Assembly (NCBI GenBank): GCA_944381155.1
Contig: CALWKA010000001.1
Location: 2,529-66,528, forward strand
Length of the DNA: 64,000 bases
Direction: 5' to 3'
Origin: an uncultured Clostridia bacterium
GTDB lineage: Bacteria; Bacillota; Clostridia; Christensenellales; UBA1242
Shown here: positions 57,123 through 64,000 of the stretch, in pieces
Layout: the number at the start of each line of letters is the position of its first letter
Numbering within the stretch: the stretch's first letter is position 1
The notes under the pieces: model-generated
The model's database searches: none
The model's input: the letters and a program-made list of their open reading frames with translations, nothing else
What the model was told of the DNA's origin: nothing
Position numbers and translations under genes: made by a program

Positions 57123-58559
57123 ATGAACAATAAAAAGATAACTAGCATAGATTTTGATGAAGAAAAAAATCAGGTAAAAAACAAAAAGGATCAAGACGAA
57201 AATACGAAGAAAAAAAGTCGCGCGCAAAAGTTGATGCCAATTTTTATAGTGACTATAGTGGCGCTGTTGATTATACTGACCTGTGTTTTGATAGCGTATT
57301 ATCAGGTGTACACTTCTAGCAAGCAGAATGCCAATGTGCTAGAAGGCGTGTACACTTCAAGTTATTATTCTATGGTGGATAATGTAAACAATCTTGCGGT
57401 GGATGTGTCAAAATATTCTACACTCAACACAAAACAATCAAAATTGGAAACTCTTCAAGACATTATGCTAGATTGCAATTATATTTTAGCGGGGTTGGGC
57501 GTGTTGCCGATCGATGAGCAAAACGCCACAAGTGCCACCAAGTTTTTTAATCAGGTGAACGGGCTGTGCGAGGCGTATTCAAATAAATTGTATAAAGGCG
57601 AAACACTGACTCAAGAAGATGAATTGATCTTTGACAAAATTGGGCTAGTGTTGGGCAAAATTAAAGAAAATTTGAATAAACAAAACGAAAGTATGTACGA
57701 TTCTGGATTTAATTTCGTGGATGCGTCCGTGTTTGATGACGCGGGAATGAACGAACTATCTGCGGGGCTTGGCGATCTAACAAGTGACAGCATAGATTAT
57801 CCTGCTATGATTTTTGATGGACCATTTTCTAGCGCTTTGGAAACTACCGAAGTGCGCGGTTTGAGCGAAAATGAAGTCAGCGCGGATGAAGCGAAGGACT
57901 ATTTGAAAAACACTGTTTACAAAAATAGATCGGATGTAAAAGTTGAATTTGAAAAAGAGACGAATGGAGATATCTCGACATACGATTTCATTCTAACCAT
58001 CGACAAAAAAGAATTTTTCGCTCAAGTGAGCAAACGCGATGGATTACTCATAACAATTTCAGGTTACGCGGAGGCGGGGGACGCGATTATGAAGCGCGAG
58101 CAAGCAATTGAATTAGCAAAAACATTTGCGAACAATATTGGCTTTGAAAGTATGGATTCGGTCTGGCTAGAGATTCACGACAATGTGGCATATATCAACC
58201 TTGCGCCCGTCATAAACGAAGCGATAATGTATCCCGATTTAGTTAAGGTGAAAATAGATTTGACCAGTCAGGAAGTGATCGGATTTGAAGCGCTGAACTA
58301 TGCTTTGAATCATATTGACCGTAGTCCAGAATTTATGATAGATGTTGCTGAAGCTGAAAAATTGTTGGGCTTTGACTACAATGTGCTGAAAACAAGCAAG
58401 GCGGTCATCCGTCTTGATAGCGGAAAGGAAGTGTCTAGTTATGAATTTATTGTAGAGCGAATTGATGGAACATATTTTTATTATATTGACGCGAACACAA
58501 ATCAAATCGTAAAGACGATGAAATTGGTCACCACAAAAGGTGTGCAGAAATTAATATAA
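57123..58559 (+). CDS. ypeB: Germination protein YpeB
   Basis: 478 aa with an N-terminal TM segment, directly downstream of sleB. The C-terminal half is PepSY-like. Confidence 0.8.
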   Translation: MNNKKITSIDFDEEKNQVKNKKDQDENTKKKSRAQKLMPIFIVTIVALLIILTCVLIAYYQVYTSSKQNANVLEGVYTSSYYSMVDNVNNLAVDVSKYSTLNTKQSKLETLQDIMLDCNYILAGLGVLPIDEQNATSATKFFNQVNGLCEAYSNKLYKGETLTQEDELIFDKIGLVLGKIKENLNKQNESMYDSGFNFVDASVFDDAGMNELSAGLGDLTSDSIDYPAMIFDGPFSSALETTEVRGLSENEVSADEAKDYLKNTVYKNRSDVKVEFEKETNGDISTYDFILTIDKKEFFAQVSKRDGLLITISGYAEAGDAIMKREQAIELAKTFANNIGFESMDSVWLEIHDNVAYINLAPVINEAIMYPDLVKVKIDLTSQEVIGFEALNYALNHIDRSPEFMIDVAEAEKLLGFDYNVLKTSKAVIRLDSGKEVSSYEFIVERIDGTYFYYIDANTNQIVKTMKLVTTKGVQKLI

Positions 58560-58576
58560 AAAAATAAAAATTTATA

Positions 58577-58615
58577 AAAATACACGAAAAAACATTAAAA
58601 ATTCGTGTATTTTTC
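58577..58615 (+). terminator. Rho-independent terminator after ypeB
   Basis: AAAATACACGAA ... TTCGTGTATTTT followed by a T-run. Confidence 0.85.
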
Positions 58616-59188
58616 ATATTTTTTCAAAATTTTTTTGATTTTTTATTGTTTTTCATAAATTTTTAATTATTTTTTATTTTTTGTAAAATTAATTGATTAT
58701 TTTTAAAAATCGAATTTTTTAATAAATAATTAATAAAAATTCAATTCTATATTTTTTATGAATAATAAATTTGATTAATAGTTTTTTAATTCCATTTTGC
58801 ATTTTTATTAATATTTTCAAATAGCACTAAAAATTGTGATTTTATTATTTTATAATTTTTTTAATAATTTTAATTTTTGTTTAATTTTAGTAATTTTTAT
58901 TCTAGTGCGCTGAAATTAAAATAATTATTAAAAACTATTGGCTTTTTACTCAAAAATAGTGATTAAAGATAATTTATTTATAATTATTTTAGAAATTATT
59001 TTTCAATTAATATGCGAATATTTTTTTAATTTTCAACTTTATAAAATCTGATAATTTGAAATAAAATAAAACAATTTGTTTGTATTTTATTTTTCATTAT
59101 GTTATACTATTTTTAAGTTAAATAATTTATTATTTAATTAATATAATATTTTTCTCTAATATCGGAGAAAATAAAAAGGGGAAGCATT

Positions 59189-62100
59189 TTGAAGGGGAAG
59201 AGTAAAGTTTTTTATAAGATAAGTATTTTGTTGGTCGCGTTGGTTACGGCGATTGTGTTTGTCGGCTTGGCGAACAGAGAAAATCCTGAAAAAATATATG
59301 CGGCGCAAACAATTGCGGGTGAAAATTTCAGTTCTGTTGACGCGAACAATTTGATTTTGTCTGCCGAGAAGGTGGCTGTGATATCCACAACGGATGATGA
59401 CACGCAAGATGTGTTTAAGACGCCTTTATATTTGGACAATACCGGCATGGATACATCTAGCACAATGCTCACGCGTGGCAATAAAAAATATTATTATATG
59501 GATATACCTAGCGGAGAAAATGACAAATATGTCATCAGCAATGGTGAATTTGTGATGCTGAACAATGACGAGATGTTGTCTGACGGCAAGACATATTATT
59601 ATAATAATTTATATTCAGCTTATGTTCAGTCTGGAACAGGTGCGGGCTATACTGCTCAAAATATGGCAGAAGCTGTGATGCTATCATTTGGTCAATATGT
59701 TTATAATAGCGAAGAAAATGAAATCGTCAAAGCGGACGAAGATAGCGGTGCAAATATTCAATATATCAACATTATAGGATACAAAAATGGAGAAGAAATT
59801 GCCAATTTGCCTGGCGTAAGGCAGTATGACAACAACACATATCAAGATTTTGTATACATTATTCCGCAATCTACAGGGAATGAAGGATTTTATCAATTCA
59901 ACATAACATATAGATATAACGACACTACATACAATCAAACATTTGAATTTTATATTCTGTATGAAAGTTCGTATTCGCGCGATATAAGTTTTGGCGGTAC
60001 ATACACATATAGCAGTTCGCCTACGCTGAATTTGTATGACAGTCAATTCAATTCTGAAAATGGCGTATATAGATATTATTTAGGAAAGTCTTCAAAAAAT
60101 TATCCTACACTAGTATATGATTATACCAAGTTCAAGATGCAATATACCATCACTGCTAATGGTAAAGTCACCACTTATGATTATGATTATGTCACAAACA
60201 CCACATTAGGTGGAGTGAGTGCGAATTTGGTGCTGACGATCACAGATTCAAATGGCACAAGATATGAAACATATTCACTATCAAACTACAACGCGCAAAG
60301 AGAAAATAATATTGCGGTGGTAATGCTGACCGAGATGGGAAATTATGATTTTTCATTTGAATATCTGTATGCGGGATACAATTCGGGCAGTGCGCCTAAT
60401 ATGAATTTGACCATATCAAATCAATATTTGGTGATGTCCGGATTCGAATTGAAGTATTCAAAAGCGAACTACAATGAAGCGCAGATGAGATATTTGACCA
60501 TTTCAAAAAATTCCAGTGATTTGGTAGACTTGATCGTGCCAAATGGCTATGAAAAAGATAACGAACCTTCTATTTCAAATTTGGGCGTTGTGTATAGTTT
60601 GGATACCCAATCAAGAAACAAGGTGGGCACGGTGGAATCGTATCAAGACGCCAACCTAAATCAAGAGATCAATTCTGGTGCCGAAACAGTGGGTAGGACA
60701 CTTTCTGAAAATGTCATCTATGATGTTGTTAAGGGAATATATAAATTAGATGTGGACGCGGTGGCAGAATTGTTTGATGGAAATGAAAGCGCAGATAACC
60801 CCGAGATTGTTTATCAAAAGACCAATCAGGGTTCATTGTGGCTTGCTACAAACGATACATACACAATCAATGAAAGTTTTTATTATTTTAGCAAATCAAA
60901 GTTTACCACCGCTATTTTGAATGATGACACAAAGAATGGTTATGCAACATATTCAAATCAGACTTCGTTTAGCAGTACGGGATATTATTTGGTGTTCATA
61001 AAAGTGGATGTGAATGGACTGACCAGCGACCAAGCGCAAAACATTGACTATTATCAAGTGTTTGCCTTCCAATACAGCACGGATACAATCAATGTCAATG
61101 TGTATGAATACGAAAATGGCGCGAGCGGAAAGGCAATCGGTTCGGGCGGATATACAAATAAAAATGTGCAAGTTTCTTGGACTGAACCTGACATATTTGA
61201 ACGGGCAATTAATGCAAGGTATTACAGTGTAACGAATCAATTTTATGACAAAGATAGATTGCTAACTACCACGCCTTATCAATTGACTAATGGTCAAGTG
61301 TTGGGTGCAAATATCGCCAATAGGCAGGGCGCAAGTTTCCTAATCGAGCTGAATAGCGAAGGTAGAGCGGCGTCTTACCGCACATTCACTATAGATCGCC
61401 AGCCAATTACTGGAGTGGCGGTGTATTCTGTGGTGGCGACCACGAGCGCGTCGGACGGCAGTGCGGTGTACGAATTTAGGACAAATGTCAATGGCGATTA
61501 TGTAAGGATATCAAATTCAATCACAGATTCGCTTGCTACAATATTTTGGAATGACAAAGCGAGTGGTGCAGGCATTACATTGACCTATACCTTCACTCCG
61601 TTTGTGCGCGATAGTTCGATTTCTCCAGACGAAATATTCTTTTCTTATAGCGAGATATGGCACTCCACAAATTATAGATTGGGCACGACCGTTGGTTCGT
61701 TTGACGACATATACAAAGCGGATTCAATGGGTAGTGAAATCCCGGCATCTTCAGTGTTGAAAAATCAGGGAATATATGTGTTTACTTTGACAGATGCTGC
61801 GGGGAATAGTTGCAAATATCTGTTTGTGATAGACAACAGTGAATCATTCTTTGAAGTCAATGGCAGTATGATGACGCAAACATCTGTGTTGTATGGCGAC
61901 GATGTCACAATCAATGTAGGCACGCACAAAGTGGTGCAATTGTTTGAAAATGTTTTAGAGACTGATAATGAACTATATTCGTTAATAAAGGCGGATACAG
62001 ATTCAGATTATGAAGACTTGGGCTACTATATGGAAAGCGACACTAATATAAATGCGCTGAACAACCTATTTTCAATTTTAAATAGTACAAACACATATTA

Positions 62101-64000
62101 TTTGAAAGTGCAGAACTCATCTTTGACCGTGTACACCAATCAAGGAATTCAAGACACCAGTTTGGCGATTCCTTCGATCAGCGCGAGCAATCATACGCGC
62201 GTGATGACATATCGAGTGAGCGCATCTACTAGTATGATACGCACATTTTATCTGTTGGGAGTCAATCAGGCAAATGTAGAGCCAAAAGATTCAGAATCTT
62301 TTGTCACAATCGAGATAAACAAAGACAATTCGCGCGGATCAGTTTATTATAGTCAGGACAGTTTTACGATCAACGATTTGGACAATTCAAATGTGTTCAA
62401 ATTGGATACGGGTAGTGATAATATTGATCCTGTCACAGGCGAAGAATACAACGGATTGGAAGGCGCGTTCGCCACGAGCGACAATTATATAGCGTTTGTT
62501 TGGACGCAGGGAACGGGCTTGTATGAAGTGGCGTCAGTTAGCTATCAGCGATATGAGTTGAATCTATCTGAATCAAGCTTTGATGAAAATAAATTTTATT
62601 TTTATGCATCGGTAGATCTGCCAGAAGTCATATTATATAATAGCGACGGTGCGCAAAACGACGCAAGATACGATGTGGATACGGATAGATATTTTGCCCT
62701 GCTAAATGTCACAGACGGTCAATCTGGTCAGGGGCTATATGTGGTGACTAGGAGATATCAAGGGGATGGATCTGACGACTTTGGCGATGATAAATATGAG
62801 CAAAATTATTATTTCATTGTGGATAGAAACGAAATTATTGATGTAACCAATGTGTTAAATGGCGGATATATCACAATCGGATTGCTAGAAAAAGAAACTG
62901 AATACAATTCATTTTCTCAAATAGGCACGCAGACTGGGCGACTAGATTACATTGAAGGTGGAATTGTAAATAGTATTTATAATTTGTACCTAACGACAGA
63001 CAAACTTCCTGCCACACTGAATGTGCCGGTAGGAAAATATTTTGGAGGAAGTAAAGGTAGCACATATTATGCAGGGCGCCTAGCGTTTACTGTGTATTTC
63101 AAAGATACGCAAAATCAACTTGAGGGCGCAGATTGCGGTAAGACTATCAAATTGTTTGAAATAGATGTGGAAGATAGTGCAAACGAAACAAATTATACTG
63201 ATGATGGATATTATAAGATTGATATATATACATATTTATCCCAAATATCAGAAGATATGTGCAATAGATTTATCCGTTCGGACAATGAAGAAAATTGGCT
63301 TTGCTTAAATGGTGACTATATTGTGGTCATAAACGACCTTGTGCAAGGCAGTGCGGGCAGTCATCAAAAGATTATAGGATTTAGATTGCACAATAGTGAG
63401 CCAACCACGGATGTCTATTCTGTTCCACAAAAGGACAACACGGTTAGCAACGCAATTTATGAAGCGGAGAAACAATCGGATAGAGTATATTCATTGACGA
63501 CGAGTGAAGAGTTCGTAAAAATCGACCTTAATGAATATGTTGAAGATAGCACAAGCGCGGGAGTGGATGTAAATTATTTGGTGGTAAATAGGACGCTGAA
63601 TGGTGTGACGACCGAATATATAAACTATAGATATTCAAACACGGGCGGTGAATATAATCTAGACAACAATTCCGATGTGGTGCAAAACATTCGAGATGAA
63701 GCGGGCAATTTAAGCAGAGTCATCACTCTCAACACCTATCTGCGTGACGAGAACGGAAATATAGATTTGGATAGTCTAAATCAAACGCTATCATACGATA
63801 TCTACATTCGATACAAATTAAGTTCAGATTCAGACAATGAAAAATATAAAAATTGTTATTATTACTATGATGCGGAAGGAAATTTGGTAGAATTTTATGA
63901 AACACATTACAAAGTCATCATAGATAGGACACCGCCAAAAAATAATATCGAGTATCTTTTGGAGCACGACGCGCTAGTTGATTATTATGTGGAAGAAATG
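59189..64000 (+). CDS. Very large secreted/cell-surface protein; 5' partial (at least 1604 codons, runs off the window end)
   Basis: Not in the ORF track because it has no stop in the window. I translated every line by hand from TTG 59189 (after AAGGGGA) to 64000 and found no in-frame stop. The N-terminus MKGKSKVFYKISILLVALVTAIVFVGLA is signal/anchor-like. The body is rich in Asn, Tyr, Thr and Ser, and no domain was recognised. Confidence 0.8.
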   Translation, partial: MKGKSKVFYKISILLVALVTAIVFVGLANRENPEKIYAAQTIAGENFSSVDANNLILSAEKVAVISTTDDDTQDVFKTPLYLDNTGMDTSSTMLTRGNKKYYYMDIPSGENDKYVISNGEFVMLNNDEMLSDGKTYYYNNLYSAYVQSGTGAGYTAQNMAEAVMLSFGQYVYNSEENEIVKADEDSGANIQYINIIGYKNGEEIANLPGVRQYDNNTYQDFVYIIPQSTGNEGFYQFNITYRYNDTTYNQTFEFYILYESSYSRDISFGGTYTYSSSPTLNLYDSQFNSENGVYRYYLGKSSKNYPTLVYDYTKFKMQYTITANGKVTTYDYDYVTNTTLGGVSANLVLTITDSNGTRYETYSLSNYNAQRENNIAVVMLTEMGNYDFSFEYLYAGYNSGSAPNMNLTISNQYLVMSGFELKYSKANYNEAQMRYLTISKNSSDLVDLIVPNGYEKDNEPSISNLGVVYSLDTQSRNKVGTVESYQDANLNQEINSGAETVGRTLSENVIYDVVKGIYKLDVDAVAELFDGNESADNPEIVYQKTNQGSLWLATNDTYTINESFYYFSKSKFTTAILNDDTKNGYATYSNQTSFSSTGYYLVFIKVDVNGLTSDQAQNIDYYQVFAFQYSTDTINVNVYEYENGASGKAIGSGGYTNKNVQVSWTEPDIFERAINARYYSVTNQFYDKDRLLTTTPYQLTNGQVLGANIANRQGASFLIELNSEGRAASYRTFTIDRQPITGVAVYSVVATTSASDGSAVYEFRTNVNGDYVRISNSITDSLATIFWNDKASGAGITLTYTFTPFVRDSSISPDEIFFSYSEIWHSTNYRLGTTVGSFDDIYKADSMGSEIPASSVLKNQGIYVFTLTDAAGNSCKYLFVIDNSESFFEVNGSMMTQTSVLYGDDVTINVGTHKVVQLFENVLETDNELYSLIKADTDSDYEDLGYYMESDTNINALNNLFSILNSTNTYYLKVQNSSLTVYTNQGIQDTSLAIPSISASNHTRVMTYRVSASTSMIRTFYLLGVNQANVEPKDSESFVTIEINKDNSRGSVYYSQDSFTINDLDNSNVFKLDTGSDNIDPVTGEEYNGLEGAFATSDNYIAFVWTQGTGLYEVASVSYQRYELNLSESSFDENKFYFYASVDLPEVILYNSDGAQNDARYDVDTDRYFALLNVTDGQSGQGLYVVTRRYQGDGSDDFGDDKYEQNYYFIVDRNEIIDVTNVLNGGYITIGLLEKETEYNSFSQIGTQTGRLDYIEGGIVNSIYNLYLTTDKLPATLNVPVGKYFGGSKGSTYYAGRLAFTVYFKDTQNQLEGADCGKTIKLFEIDVEDSANETNYTDDGYYKIDIYTYLSQISEDMCNRFIRSDNEENWLCLNGDYIVVINDLVQGSAGSHQKIIGFRLHNSEPTTDVYSVPQKDNTVSNAIYEAEKQSDRVYSLTTSEEFVKIDLNEYVEDSTSAGVDVNYLVVNRTLNGVTTEYINYRYSNTGGEYNLDNNSDVVQNIRDEAGNLSRVITLNTYLRDENGNIDLDSLNQTLSYDIYIRYKLSSDSDNEKYKNCYYYYDAEGNLVEFYETHYKVIIDRTPPKNNIEYLLEHDALVDYYVEEM

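Overview
This window looks like an origin-proximal chromosomal segment from a low-GC, endospore-forming Firmicute, probably Clostridia-like. All calls come from reading the sequence and the ORF track; nothing was searched or computed. Core genes: parA, three parS sites, parB, metK behind an S-box riboswitch, glnS, lepB, rpsF-ssb-rpsR, prfB, tsaD, mnmE-mnmG-rsmG, recF, dnaA, dnaN, rpmH-rnpA-yidD-yidC-jag, lysS, gpsA, hisS and an [FeFe] hydrogenase. Sporulation genes: spo0A, a SipL-like protein, veg, spoIIR and sleB-ypeB. There are four tRNA genes. Three features missing from the ORF track were found by hand: rpmH, a GT2 gene running off the left edge, and a secreted-protein ORF of at least 1604 codons running off the right edge. 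Top finding: two paralogous modules of about 125 nt (32029-32150 and 37798-37922). Each starts with 11-16 nt that are the exact reverse complement of sequence just upstream in the neighbouring gene. Each carries a conserved GGGGACCCC hairpin with compensatory stem changes, and each is bounded by a perfect 30-70 bp duplication of that gene's 3' end. I cannot assign them to a known element class. Other observations: (1) dnaA is inverted and diverges from dnaN, and DnaA-box clusters flank dnaN rather than dnaA; (2) about 24 kb of core genes point toward that putative origin; (3) several housekeeping genes look leaderless; (4) a tRNA-Arg gene has a 47-bp 3'-half duplication enclosing an 830-bp islet; (5) an orphan radical-SAM/ATP-grasp gene pair; (6) a zinc-ribbon protein with a poly-Asp/Glu tail next to spo0A; (7) unusually long, almost pure A/T intergenic spacers. 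No CRISPR array, intact IS, integrase or recognisable defence operon was seen.
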